A stretch of DNA of 64,000 bases from the human T2T-CHM13v2.0 reference genome, Homo sapiens (GCF_009914755.1 NC_060932.1); one strand, 5' to 3'; positions 14,360 through 28,380 are shown, counted from the first letter of the stretch. A program made the numbers and translations. The notes: generated by a model not told the origin, from the sequence alone.

Positions 14360-15130
14360 AGAAGTGCATTTGCTTAATCAAAACCACAATAAGATATCAC
14401 TTCACATTTCTAAAATGGCTATTACAAAACAACAAACAAACAATATGAAAAAAACAGAAAACAAGCTTTTGCCTCAATGTGGAGAAATTGAAACACTTAT
14501 GCATTGCTAATGGGATTGTAAAATGGTGCAAGTTCTGTGGAAAAACAGTATGTTAATTCCTTAAAACATTAAATGTAAAATTACCATACATATTTTCCCA
14601 AAATTCTATTTATGAATATATACTTAAAAGAAGTGAAAGCAGGAGATCAAACATGCATGTTAGCATTATTCACAACAGCCAAAAGGTGGGAGCAACCTAA
14701 ATGTCCAGCAACAGATTAACAGGTAAATAAAATGTGATACATATAAACAGCAGAATATTATCCAGCCTTCAAAAGGAGGAAACTTTTGAACATGCTATAA
14801 TATTAATTAACATTGAAGACATTATGCTAAGTCAGGCAGATGAATAAAGGACAAATATCATATTATTTTTTTATATAAGATTCCTAGAGTAGTCAAATTC
14901 ATGAAGACAGAAAGTACAATAGAGTTTACAAGGGACTCAGAAGCAGAGGGAATGAGGATTATTGTTTAATGGAGATAGAGTTTCTGATTGGGATTATGAA
15001 AAAATTCTGGAGATGTATAGTAGTGATGAATGTGCAACCATGTGAATGTACTGAATACCACTGAATTATACACTTAACATGAATAAAATGGTAAGATTTA
15101 GGTTATGTGTGTTTTACCACAATTTAAAAA
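14360..15130 (+). mobile_element. L1MB-type 3' end
   Basis: ORF2 C-terminal 'aatcaaaaccacaataagatatcac', 3' UTR 'gagtagtcaaattcatgaagacagaaagta...ttttaccacaatttaaaaa'. Confidence 0.88.
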
Positions 15131-15420
15131 TTAATAGAGAAAAGTGCTTTTGGAGTAACATTACTGTAATATAATTAATTTTTGGGTGTAGGCTTTCTAC
15201 AATACATAGGGCAATTCCTTACAGACAGTTATTATTTCTACAGTATTAGATATTCATCTGGTCTCAGCTCTTATTGGCATGACTTACAGAGGTCTAGGTT
15301 ATAAACCCTTGTTCTCATTTCATAGTTCTAAATTCAACAATGTTCTTGAAAAAGACTGAGTGAGCTGAGGCAGCTGAGAGACAATGAAAAGGATGCCGAT
15401 GCTACCTGAGTGTACTGTAC

Positions 15421-15607
15421 TTGTGGTTCTCAAAGTGTGATGTTCAGCAGCTGTGGCAATACCTGGCAACTTGTTTGAAGGAATTACAAATGTTCAGGTC
15501 CCCAAACAGCCTACTGAAGGAGAAAGTCTGAGAGTGGAACCCAGAAATCTGTGTTTTAACAAGCTCTCCAGTTGATTCTGATGCATACCAGTGTTTGAGA
15601 ACCATTG
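15421..15607 (+). mobile_element. MER5A (hAT-Charlie MITE)
   Basis: TIRs gtggttctcaaa...tttgagaaccattg; internal 'aatctgtgttttaacaagctctccagttgattctgatgca'. Confidence 0.88.
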
Positions 15608-16189
15608 TTCTATAGCATAAAGTACTGGAATCATATTGGAGATGGGTGGAGGGCACCTGGCTAGGATGAGGCGCATGTTGACACATATACAAGATACAGA
15701 ACTACTGGCCTGGAGGGTGACAATATTCTTGATGCTGTTACTATCCACTCAAATATCATCATCTGCTCCTATTTATCTATAGGTGAGGGATTTTGGAAGT
15801 ACAGTCTTCTGTATCTCCAATTAGGAGGTACACCAGAAATAAAATATAACCCATTTACTTTATTATCCTTTAGCAAACACTGTCAAATTTACCATAGTGT
15901 ATTTTAATTTATCTGTCTAAGCATATTATGTTTTTTTCTAGGATGTTAGTTTTACTAAATCGTATTATTTATAATTGTTGGTTCAAGAATGATACTTGTA
16001 TTAATCTTTTAGTCCTTTACCATTGTACTAATTTATTTTCTTGATTATTTATTTAGTGAACATAAGGCATGCATGTGCAATTAACAGCCAACTCAAAAAC
16101 TTCGAATAAATAAATAACATTTGCTTTTTTGAATGTTCTATTTCCCTGCCTTATCACCACAGAGGTCTCCTAACCTTTGTGTTGGTTTC

Positions 16190-16404
16190 CAGCAGGGTGT
16201 GAAAGCAGATGATGCTGACTTGTGAGAGCCAATTTTGTCTTTTCTCATTATTATTATCTATTATTATTCCTTGATTCTGTCTTCACATTGGTAGCTTGAA
16301 ATCACATTGTGAAAGTATTTACACCACAGAAATTTACAAACGCCGCACGTTGAAACTTTTTGCTTTTCCTGTAGAAGTAGGTAAATTTTGCTAGTGCAAC
16401 ACTG
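16190..16404 (+). mobile_element. MER63A-like hAT DNA transposon
   Basis: 'ttgtgagagccaatt' and 'cacattggtagcttgaaatc...agtatttacaccacagaaat', ends in 'caacactg'. Confidence 0.7.
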
Positions 16405-16409
16405 ATTAT

Positions 16410-18340
16410 TCCCTTAATGGTATTTTATTATGGTATTACATGTATGTCTATGTATGTTTATATATGTGTGTGCACATGTTTAGCTATTTTTGCCTGTTTT
16501 TGAAATGTATAAAAATAATAATTTTGAATTGCTTAAACTAATCAAAGATTAGTATTTAAAATGCTTCTATATTATTTTATATAACTGTAATGTCATCACT
16601 ATTCTCTAATGTTCTGTTACATATATAAACCACAATTAATTTCTTAATTATCCAGTGTATGATATTTGTTATTTCGAGTTTTTCACTACTGTTACAGATT
16701 TTTGTGCCTATTTCTTTCTCTGAATGTACATTTTCTCTTACATGTATAGTTAGAAGTAGAATGACTCCAATAGTTTTAATTTTTTTAGTAATGCCTATTT
16801 TTGTCCAAAATGGTTCTTATAATTACATTTTCACCAAGAAAAGATTATATTATTCATTTATATCTATCATTTGATAGAATGATATTTAGCCATGGTTCTA
16901 ATTTTTTTCCTGTCACTTACGTAGAAAGTCTCATTTTCGTCTAGATTTGCATTTTTCTGATTAATAATTTGTTTGGCTTCTCTTGTGTGTATGTGGGGGA
17001 GGGGGGTTTGTTTAAAGCCATATCTTTCTTATTTGCTATGAATTGCCAGATCATGTTATTTGCCATTTTTCTATAGATGGTTGAATCTTTCTATTAATTG
17101 GTAGGGTTTCTTATATATTCTCAATACTAATCCCTTGTTGACTATGCGCAAGCTAACATTCAGCCCATGATACCAAGTATGTACATGCTGATTGTTTACA
17201 AGTGGCTTACGTGTTTATTAATCCGTGACCATGCTTTAATAGTTATTAACATTTTTGAATATTAATTTTATTATATATAATACAATATCCTCTTTCAGTT
17301 CATAACCTCCTTTCACTTTCTTTGAAGATGTCCCTTATAAACAGAATTTTTCAATTTTAATACATTTGAATTGATATATATTCATATATGTATACAGTGA
17401 TTACATTATATTGAGTTTTTGGAAGGAAGAGGTTAAGAAGTCTTCACAGCCTCAAGATTGTTTACCTATACTTTTTTCAAATATGTTTGGATATATTTTC
17501 TTTCTCTCTCTCTTCTTTCTTTCCATCCTTTCTTCCATTTTAAAGATTTTTTTTCCTAGCTGCCTAGTTGTTCAGTGTATTTTATTCTCAGTAAACTATT
17601 ATGCTGTGTTTGTCAGATATCAAAGTTGCCTGTACGTGTATGTCTGTTTCAAAGCTTTTTATTCATTGATTTTAGTCAGTATGTCTTTTATTACACTATA
17701 ACATCACCGTTGTATTTATTGTAAGTTTATAATAAATCATGATATATTTTAGATATATTTATTGATACATACATCAATAAATCTTTATATATTTTAGCCA
17801 TTTTACTTCAGAGTCTTAGATATTTTTTCATCTTTGCTCTTCTGTGTGCAATTTATTATCAACTGGGCCAGGCCATAGAAACTCTGTTTCAAATATTATT
17901 AGAAAACCATTACATTTCTAGAATAATCTTGGTAGAATCATATTCTTATGGTAGTAAATTTTTTTATGTACGAACTTTAAATATCAAGGTAATTATTTAG
18001 GTCTTCTTTAATGTCCTTTACTACAGTGTTCCAAGTGTCAATGCACAGGTTTCACACAAATTTTTGTTGATTGTTTTGTCAATTACTTGGCAGCTTTGTT
18101 TATGTTTAATATATTATAAAATTTAATTCCAGTGTTTTCTTGATTATATATAGAAATACAAACAGCTTATGTATATTGATATTTTTACAAACACGTTGCT
18201 AAACTTTCAAATAAATTTTATTGATTTGTCAGTAAATTTATTTAGATTATCTGTGGAGACAGTCATATTATGTACCAATAATTAGGTTTATTCCCTCCTT
18301 CCCAGTCCTTATGTAACCTATTCTTAATGTTTGTTAAGTA
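16410..18340 (-). mobile_element. Old L1M (L1ME-like) fragments
   Basis: Antisense ORF2-like T-rich tracts, e.g. 'ttgcatttttctgattaataat' and 'ttagattatctgtggagacagtcatattatgtaccaataat'. Confidence 0.65.
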
Positions 18341-18419
18341 GATATCTGTGCAACTTTAAAACCTTGTCTGGCAGGAGTCATATAGCATCATTGTCAAAGT
18401 ATACGTTTTATAGTTTAAA

Positions 18420-18639
18420 ACTGTTATAAAATTTTAGTGTGCATCAACACCACTTGGAGGGCTTATTAAAATACAGATCGATGGATTCTACCTGTAATGT
18501 TTCTCGTTCTGATATATTACATATGGAGTGGTGCCTGAGAATGAGCATTTCCAGCTTCTATATGATGCCAATAATTCTGATAAGTTTCCACATAATACTA
18601 ATGATTGCACTCTAGGAACCACAGTTGGAGAAACCCTGG
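18420..18639 (-). mobile_element. MER5A-like MITE
   Basis: 'gtgtgcatcaacaccacttggagggcttattaaaatacagat' is the reverse of the MER5A core; ends 'ggaaccacagttggagaaaccctg'. Confidence 0.7.
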
Positions 18640-19257
18640 TTTAAAAGACCCAAACTGGAATCACAAATGCATCATGTACAAATTTTGGGACTTTATTGAA
18701 ATAATTTTACAGACTAGATATTCAGTTGCTCATGCTATAAAATAAAGCTAACATTTTCTACCTATGGAATTTTACAAAGGTTAAATTTTAGACTATTATA
18801 AACTACTGATTTTAGGATGCTTATTAAAAAGCATTGTTTTTGTTTTTTTCATCATTGTGTCTTCAGGTATCACCAAATGGATTAAATGTATTAGCATGAT
18901 ATTTCTACAGAGCACCAACGAACTCTAAATCCATTAACAGTTATGATCTCTGATAGGACAATGATGCATTCTAACCTGGTGCAGTTAAAGAAAATTTCTT
19001 TAATAAAGTTTTGGGGGAATGAAAGTAAGATTAACCTAACCTTTTATTTAAAACATAAATAATAATCAAATGATGAAATATAATTTCTGTGTAATTATTT
19101 ATATTAAAGCCAAGAGTCACAACTACTTTAAAAAAATCGGAGGATCATAAAAATCTTTAAACTGACCAGTTTAAGTACAAAGCTCACAAATGGTCTTGCA
19201 ACAGTTTATTTTATTGTTTTTCATCAACCCCAAAATTCATTAAAAGTACACTGAATA

Positions 19258-19554
<297 letters not shown>

Positions 19555-20685
19555 AAAAGTACATTGAATATAGCCTACAGTTTGCACTCAAGCTGTTGCA
19601 TATTTACCCGTAGGAATCACCAGAATTTAAAATAATATAAAATATAAATCTTGCCTAATTTCCCCCTTGAGATTGGATAGTATAATTGGACAATTTATCA
19701 CAAACAGTAAGAGAACATATTGAATAAAACAAATAAATCTGGTTCCACATTTCTTTCTAAAACATAGGAATTTACTTTTATATCATCGAAGTCTGTGCAT
19801 GGAAAGACAGCCTAGAATCACCTTGTTGCTTTATGAAACTGGTCTAATTAATTTTTAGTCCTCTCACTTGAGGATAGAAGTTAATTTGTTTGCTCATTCT
19901 GCCTACATATGCAGTAAATCATCAAGCTAGTAGAATAGCAAACCATTGGAAAATAGCAATTCTATTCTATTTACTGGATTAAAGAAGCAAAAGCACTGTA
20001 AACTTAATTAAACTGCTATATGTTTCGGGAGCTATTAATTATAAAGATAATAAAAATAATGTTACTGGCATCGTATGCCTTGTGTGTATACTGATTTATT
20101 TTTTGAGAAAACATTATGCTTTTATTGGGCTAGGTCTACAAGAATTGCTGACCTGAGAACATGATTTGGTTGAAAGAGAGGAATTGTAGTAACATCAGTA
20201 TGAGCTTCTTACATATAATAATTCACTATCTTCAAAACTCATGCAACTCCTCAAAAAATCTTGAAGTTAAGGTGTACTGATATACATCTCAATCATAAGA
20301 TGCAATAGCATTTAATAAGAAATTAATCAGGATGCCTTAAAAACCTAAGTCTCCCCTTAGTACTAAGTTCAGCAAGTGAAAAAGTATGTTAACTTTTTCA
20401 GTTAAAGCTTTCTATATCACCTCTATCAAAAGTAATGTGGGGTCTTGAATTAATTGCTTCTACATCACTTAAAAGTATATCCTATAAGTTAAAATAAAAA
20501 CACATAATATACATTTTATATTGTTTCAGATATAATTGTTCAAAACCCATAATCCGATGAATTATTGTTTGCATAAAAATTTTCATTAAATATGTATTTA
20601 ACATTGCTTAGTGAATTAAATTTTTTAAAAAGAGTACTAACCTAAAGGTGCAAAGAATAAAAACATCTAGAATTAGGATTCAATC

Positions 20686-21058
20686 AACCCAAAGGCCCAT
20701 CGATGATAGACTAGATAAATAAAATGTGGAACGTATACACCATGGAATACTATGTAGTCATAAAAAGGAATGAGATCATGTCCTTTGCAGAGACATAGAT
20801 AGAACTGGAAGCCATTATTCTCAGCAAACTAATGCAGAAACAGAAAACCAGCATTTTCTCACTTATGAGTGGGAACTGGACAATGAGAATACATTGACAC
20901 AGGGAGAGCATCAGGAAAAACAGCTAATACATGTGGGGCTTAATATCTAGGTGATGGGTTGACAGGTGCAGCAAACCAACCAGGCACACATTTACCTATC
21001 TAACAAAACTGCACATCCTGCACATGTACCCTGGAACTTAAAAATAAAATTAAAAAAA
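20686..21058 (+). mobile_element. L1PA (PA11-13-like) 3' end inserted in a MIR
   Basis: 3' UTR '...gtgatgggttgacaggtgcagcaaacc...cctggaacttaaaaataaaa'; TSD ATTCAATC (20678-85, 21059-66). Confidence 0.9.
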
Positions 21059-21066
21059 ATTCAATC

Positions 21067-21200
21067 TGACCTTTGACAAGTAGTTTAGCCTTTCTCAGGG
21101 TAAACTCTCTCAACTACACTATAGAAGTCACAATACCTGGCAAGTTGTTTTGGGAATTTTGTGAGGATCCATAGGATAACAGATTTTAAAAGTTGCTTTT
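21067..21200 (+). mobile_element. MIR fragment
   Basis: 'tgacctttgacaagtagtttagcctttctcag...gtgaggatccataggataac'. Confidence 0.55.
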
Positions 21201-21781
21201 TTTAGTAAAATGCTATTACAAAGACCTGTAATATATAGTGAAAACCTGCAACACTGTTAAGCATAAGAAGACTCACAACAAATTATTTCATTACTCTGAG
21301 AAGCTTTTCTTCCAGTAGACAGTGCTCCTTAAAATGTTACATTTGTAAAACAAGGACAGACTCAAAAATTGGATGAAATCTTGATGTTTCTGAATTGGCA
21401 ACTGTCACTTCATTACTTGTATTTATTCTGAACATCAAGAATGTCTTAAATCTATTCTTGGTTAAACATTTGGAGCATTGCAATATAGATATTTTTTTCT
21501 TGTATTGTGACAATGAGCAAAAAAGGATATCCATGAATGTTAATTTCCTATCCTAGATTTCCAAAGTGATTAACATTTTAATTCAAAGTGTTTCTGAAAA
21601 GAGATAATATCTTGTCACCTTGTATTCTTTAGTTAAATATTTTAGTCAAATGATTCATAGGCACTTTATATGTATAAATAATAAAAAACAAAAAAATCAT
21701 TATCTGAATGCAGTAGAACATTCCAGAAAATCTTTTGTTTCTCAGTTTATGAATAATCATAATTTACAAAGAGAAAGTTAA

Positions 21782-21950
21782 GCTGGGCCTTCTGGTGTGA
21801 TGTGTGCCTGTAGTGCCAGCTAATTGGAAGGCTAAGGTGGGAAGATCACTTGAGCCCAGGAGCTTGAGGCCAGCCTTGGCAATAGAGTGAGACTTTGTCT
21901 TAAAAAAACAAAAACAAAACAAAACAAAACAAAAAAACAAGAGACAACAA
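21782..21950 (+). mobile_element. Alu monomer (FLAM_A-like) with (CAAAA)n tail
   Basis: gcctgtagtgccagctaattggaaggctaaggtgggaagatcacttgagcccaggag...gcaatagagtgagactttgtct. Confidence 0.85.
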
Positions 21951-23659
21951 AGAGGGAGAGAATTAAGAAATATATTTTCTTTCATTTTATCTCCCACCTC
22001 TCCCTTTTCTTAACAGACTAAAATATAACTTAGTTATATCTGAAAATGGCCTTATAACCTGGACTTTGGGAAAAAAATTAAATGCTTGGAAGGAAAACAC
22101 TAGCTGGATCTATCTGCCTTTTGATGGTGAAAGAAGGAGAGAAGGTGAAACTAGGGATTGTTTCCATGGTTTTCATTTGTGTTTGTTTTTGTCTGTCCAC
22201 TAGCTTTGCTAAGAACTCCTACTTCTTTTAAAGAAAATTACTTATACTTGCCTTTTTTTCATCCCATACATACTTAGAAATGTGAGATAATCACAGAATA
22301 ATAATTAATCAGAAAGCCATCATGGTTCACTATCATAGATTTTTAAAATATATCCATATAATCTGGAATGCTCTAATTAGAAAATAAAAAGTTGAATGCC
22401 TTCCTTGAACTATGAATTTTTTTAACCTTTAGTCTTTGATCTGATTATCATAAAGATGTTCAACACTAAAGTTTTAGGTAATGTTTTCTTTTTAAAATAA
22501 TCAATAAATTCATAAAATCTGTCTTATAAAATCCAGTGTAATAATTTTGTATTTTGCTTCAGAAATACACAAAACATAACTTTAAATCTAATGGTCTTAG
22601 ATTAAATTCTTAGGTTTACCTTAGAATTGTATATGACATAAATATGTATCAATAACTATTATTTGGTAAAATTAAACAAGTACTTGCCTATTTTTATATG
22701 ATGGTAACTTTCAAAATAAAGGTAAATTGTATTTACTATGTTAATATTTAATGATCTTTAAGAAAATTGAATAATATTTTATAATGCCCATCATTATAAT
22801 TAGTTTATGTGAAAAACCAATTGTTATAAACTATATCATGTTTATGTACTTGGAAAAAGGGTTACTTCGGTTAATAATAAGGTGAACCTGTATGAAATAC
22901 ATAAAGTATTTGTCACACAAATGATTAAACTGTTTTTACATATTTAAATGCTTGTATTTTTACATTTTAAAAATTGTAGTTGTTAAATAGTTCACTTTAA
23001 GTTTCAAAACATCTCAACCATAATATACTGATAGCCTCCTCTGAGAATGAAACTCTCAAAAGATGATGTACGTAGATATAATCAAATTTCTGTTTTGTTT
23101 CAGGCATTAGCTCTGTATCTCTTTAAGTACAAAGAATACTGGAACATTAAAAGGAATATTTAGTCTTTAAGGGATGCATCTCCTTTCTTCTAACCAACCC
23201 ATATTAAGTAAAGCTCATAGAACAAGCTGTTTCTGAGATTCAATGGAATTCCTAAAATAGACATATCAATTTAATTTTTTAACATAAGTACAAAGATGTC
23301 AGCAGAAGCAACGGCTGCCTGAGATAACATACAAGTCTAAATTTGACAATGTCAGTGTGTTTTTGACATCCTAGTTTAGAGTTCTTTGGATGAAGTGGTG
23401 AGAGAGAGACTTTGATCACCTGTCTCTGCCATAGAGCTGTGTATAGGATGGGTGCTCCATGATTGAACCCACTTGTGACAAGGAAAAAAGAACAGGATGA
23501 AGAGCACAAACTCTATTCCAGGAAAAAAGTATGAACAGAGATTTTAAATCTCTTTAGCACTCTTTCTTCTTATCTTTAGCTTGTGCCTTTCAATCTTCTC
23601 TTCTTTACTCGTTTCTTCTATTGCCTTTCTTTCTCCTTTTCTTTTCTTCTATTCTTTTA

Positions 23660-24225
23660 ATACACATGCATTCAATAAAGTCTATGCATTCTTCTAGGCA
23701 CATTGTCTATCAGAAAACAAAACAAACCTGTAACTTGTGGAGCTTCCATGATAGTGGAGGAAAATAAACAACAATAAAAACATGATAAATAACTGTATTA
23801 TAATGAATATTAAAGAAGATAAGTAAATTGAAAAAACAGGTCAGGGTAAAAAGGTCAGATTTGCTGGTAGAGGTGGTTTGAAGTTTCAAAAAGAGTGGGC
23901 AAGGTAGGCATCATTGTGAAGATGCCGTTTGAGCAAGCGTATTAAGCAGGTGAGTTCATCAGTCATATGCCCATCTGCGGAGTGACCTAAGCAGAAGTAA
24001 ATGGCCAGCAGAAAGGCCCTAATAAGGAAGCCTACATATGTAAAATATTAAACATTGCAAGAAAGCAAGAATGCCAGAATGAGTAGAGCTGACCAAAAGC
24101 TCGGAGGAGGGCGAAGGTAAATGAAGTTAGGGAAGTGAATGGTGGGGCAGATCACCTAGAAATTTTCAGACCATTATAAGGACTTTCAATTTTACTCTGA
24201 GAGAAATCAAAAGTCACTGGAGGTG
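23660..24225 (-). mobile_element. L2 fragment
   Basis: 'gaccattataaggactttcaattttactctgagagaaatcaaaagtcactggagg' is a typical antisense L2 motif. Confidence 0.7.
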
Positions 24226-24399
24226 TGTGGGTGTGATTGTGCCTGTGTGAGTGTGTGCAAGCGTATGCATCTCCATATGCCTCTGGGGAGGGTGGTACAT
24301 GTGTAAGTTCTTAGGTTTATTTGGTACAAAATGTGAAAAAATACCTACTAAAGCATGTTATCTTCATTCCTTTCCCAAAAACTCAGAAGTTAAAATCAA

Positions 24400-24422
24400 A
24401 ACAACAACAACAACAACAACAA
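24400..24422. repeat. (AAC)n microsatellite
   Basis: aacaacaacaacaacaacaac. Confidence 0.9.
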
Positions 24423-25088
24423 AAAACAAAAATCTATTTGCTTCCAGAGTATCACTGAAGGATTTCAAGACTGGGCAACAGTGAATCTCAGAGATGTGGA
24501 AATCTACCTGTAAGTCAAGAGAGTATGGGAGCATTTCCCCATGAAATTTACTGCTTTTTTGCTATCCTCAGACCATTTAAGTCACAAGAATATTGCTAAG
24601 GAAATAGGCCTGAAAAGAATAGAAAAAATCAGGGAAGAATACAGTTTTCAGAAAACACTGTCTTGACTCATTTTAAATGGGATAGAATTAGAAACGATAG
24701 GTTTTCATTTTGTCTGATGTGCTTCCTCTCCCATACCCTCACATCTGTTTTCCACATAAGTACTCCTAATTTTAGGAAAAGCTCTGCCTACAAATGATGA
24801 GAAGCACAATTGGGGCATTGTCAAATTTGTATCTGATCGTCAATGCATTCTATCTGCTGGTGATTTTCCCACAAGTTTATTCTTGACTTGGGAAGCCGAG
24901 TTGGGAAGAAAAATAAAACCACAAACCCTTAATGACTTGTTCATTGCCTTTAATTCATTTATTTAGGTTTTGTTGGTCTTATTTTGCCCACAGTATCTTA
25001 AATATAAATTGAAATTGCTAAATTAGTTTGAGACAGAAAAGACAACTGCATCAATGAAATTCACAGTAAAACTGTAATCATGAAAGCT

Positions 25089-25447
25089 TGATATTATTTG
25101 GCTGTGTTCTCACCCAAATCTCATCTTGAATTGTAGCTCTCATAATTTCCACATGTTGTGGAAGAGACCTAGGTGGAGATAACTGAATCATGGGGTGGTT
25201 TCCCCCATACTGTTCTCGTGGTAGTGAATAAGTCTCACAAGATCTGATGGTTTTATAAGGGGTTTCCACTTTCACTTGGCTCTCATTCTCTCTTTTTTGC
25301 TGCCATGTAAGACGTCCCTTGCTCTTCCACCATGATTGTGAGGCTTCCCCAGCCATGTGGAACTGTGAGTCAATTAAACTTCTTTCCTTTATAAATTACT
25401 CAGTCTCAGGTATGCCTTTATTAGAAGCATGAGAACAGGCTAATACA
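25089..25447 (+). mobile_element. THE1 (THE1B/C-like) MaLR solo LTR
   Basis: tgatattatttggctgtgttctcacccaaatctcatcttgaattgtagct...gagaacaggctaataca; perfect 5-bp TSD AAGCT (25084-88, 25448-52). Confidence 0.95.
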
Positions 25448-26763
25448 AAGCTGATAGAAGCAAAGTCTAAATTGAACACTCTACTTCCCTTTGAGAGTAG
25501 AGAATTCAGGCGGTCTTTCTGGTTCTTTGCTCTGTGAGGAGCTACATGAGGGCAGATAGACTTGGCTGGAAGAAAAAAGTGATCCCTTCAATTGGTACTT
25601 TAAAAAGGTCTCCAGTTTAATCTAAAGATCATGAGTGAGAATGACATTATTCAATGTTCTACCAATTTTCTGAGTATAGTGACTAGTGGGTGATTACATT
25701 AAAAGCAAAAAAACCCAAAACTCTTCCTGAAATAAATAATATGAGAGCTATCTATAAATTAGCAGGTTCCTTATCCCAGTTAAGTCTCAATATTTTCACA
25801 CGTAAATTTTAAGTATAATATGAGTTATTGGGAAACATGTTACCTTATTCTGATAAGTTTAAATTACGGGCCTATTAAGCACTATTTTGTTTTAAGAGCA
25901 ATAAAAATAATAGAAAAAAAAAAGAACATAATCCCTAATCACAACAGGAAAGTATTTTAATATTTAGATATGAAGCATGATATATACATTTATATACAGC
26001 AATGATTCCAGAAAGACCTAGTGTGTAATACTCTTACCATTTTTCTGAAACACCTATAAAATTTGACATATTCTTTGAGAAATAATCAACTATGGTTTGA
26101 TGGTCATATTTATTAGAAAATTTAGGATTGTTCAATAATATTTTTTAACCTTCCTAAATTTTAAAGGTCATAAATAACAACATAAGCACTGACATTATGT
26201 ATTTCCCAGAGATTATCAGATAGCTTGATACTTCAGACTATTCATATTGTAAAACTACGACTTAAACACTTGAAATATGTCTGTTTTTATTTAGATATCT
26301 TGTATATTTGAAATGCTATTTTCCTTAGTTATACGTCTTGGGCCGTATTTTTAGATATATTGTCAAGGACAGCAAACAATCTAGTGATTTTTTTCAACAT
26401 TTATCATCAGTTTAATTAAATGACCTAACAAGATAAGTATATTTGGTGAGCATTTGCTATTTGGAGACTAATTACATGATTTATGTGGCAAAGAGTTCTT
26501 GTTTTCATTGAATAAAATTTTAAAAATATAACTTAATTATATTTATTATGTCTCCACCTTTTCCTAGCTTTGATTAAATTGTTGCAAAATTCCCTGATCT
26601 GAGAAGAATATGAAGTATTTTAAAAATCTGTATGGGCAATCCATAAATTTAAAAATATGTTATATCCTAAAGGTTTATTAATAATTCAATTTAATTCTCA
26701 GGAATGTTCATTAATCACCATATATTCTCTGGTTCTAAGTAATTTGTAATCTATTGGCAAGTA

Positions 26764-27104
26764 TAGTTGGTCCTCCCTATCCATAGGTTGTGCATTTGGA
26801 GATTCAACCAAACTTGAGTCAAAAATACTTAAAAACAAAAATTGCATTTGTACTGAACATACACAGGATATGTTTCTTGTTATTATTTCCTAAACAATAT
26901 AGAATAACAAATATTTACACAACATTTACATTGTATTATGAATTTTCAGTAATCTAGTGATTATTTGAAGCATGAGGGAGGTTATACATAGGTTATTTAC
27001 ATTCAAATACTATCCTATTTTATATCAGGTGTTTGAGCACACATGAATTTTGGTGTTCACAACAGGTCCTGGAACCAATCCCCAAAGGATACCTAGGGAC
27101 TACA
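26764..27104 (-). mobile_element. MER2 (TcMar-Tigger)
   Basis: TIR-like ends 'agttggtcctccctatccat' and 'ggtcctggaaccaatccccaaaggatacctagggact'; TA at left flank. Confidence 0.88.
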
Positions 27105-27109
27105 GATGC

Positions 27110-28000
27110 TTCCCCCACCTTCATTAAAATTTCTCCAACTTAACTTCCCTGCCCTCCACTTCCCATTCAAACTACTTCCCCCATCTGTTCCCCATTCTTT
27201 ATTGGCAATCTTGTTTTTAGGCCTATTAAAGAGATTTTAAAATTGACTATTCATTTCCTTAATCCTCTATGATTTAATTTCCACACTGACTGCTCCATAA
27301 TTTGCTCTTTCTAGGCTGATGATTTTCTTTACATTTTCAAAATTCAATAGTAAATATACCAGTTATCATCTGCCCCTTTTGATACTGTGGATTATTTTAT
27401 TGGAAAATAACTCCTCTCTTTGTTTTCCATGATATTATCCTTCCCACCTAATTATCTTACAACTCTTTCCAATCTCCTTTGCTGGAATGATTCTTTATCA
27501 CGAGCATTTGTCTTATCTTATTTATTTCTTTATCATTTTTGACTCTATATGCTTACTGGGCTTGGGCATTTCTCATATCTTGATTATTATAAAATCTCTA
27601 TTTCTAGCCTTCTCACCTGGGTGAGCCATTGGCATTTCAATCTCAATATTTCCAACATGAAATGCAGTGCCACTAAATAATTCTCTAATTCTACCTTACT
27701 CTTCATTTCTATCTTGTCTATTTCTCCAATATCTTTGTCTACAGTTGTGAGTTTAATCTCTGCACTCCTGAATGTTTCTAAAAGACAGATCAGCATTGTA
27801 AATTACTTGCATTATTTTGATGACTCTACTACAAAGCCATCAAATTCAGATGTCTTACCATGACATTCAGGTTGTATGCAATGTTGTTCTGACGTTTCTC
27901 TCCATTTAGCAGCCACACCCCATGCTTTAACTCACTTTTAATATATCTGGCACTTTAAGTCTTTTAATAATGATGTTTATTCCTCTGGAATGTATTTATA
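27110..28000 (+). mobile_element. Degraded L2
   Basis: 'ctcacctgggtgagccattggcatttcaatctcaatatttccaac' L2-like. Confidence 0.5.
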
Positions 28001-28029
28001 ACTCCCTTCCCCTGGGAAAGCATAATTAC

Positions 28030-28120
28030 AATTTGGAATAACTGAGTTAATTAATGTTATGCATTTAGAAAAGTTCTTGGTGCATAATATGTGCTTATTA
28101 AATGCCAGAACTATTATTTT
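28030..28120 (+). mobile_element. MIR 3' fragment
   Basis: 'gcatttagaaaagttcttggtgcataatatgtgcttattaaatg'. Confidence 0.55.
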
Positions 28121-28380
28121 TGTTACTTATAGTGGTAGTCATAGTCATAACAGTAATAATGTTCAATGTCCACTTTATTGATCATCACTTTGCTCAAAGC
28201 TCACTTACCTCCTTCTCTCCTCTTCCTTCTCTCCAATTAGAATTATTGTTCTGTCCTTATTTTTCTCTAAAGTCACCTTGTTATTATTCCTCTTGAGTTT
28301 TGACTAATATAACATTGAGTGAATTCTTAAAATTTTATGTTGCTTCAGCATCCGTTTCAAATGCAAGTTTAATTTTTTCA

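Noticed and set aside
18835-18990. Strong-looking acceptor ttgtgtcttcag|G at 18867
   Set aside because: No convincing donor nearby; such acceptors are common in T-rich DNA.
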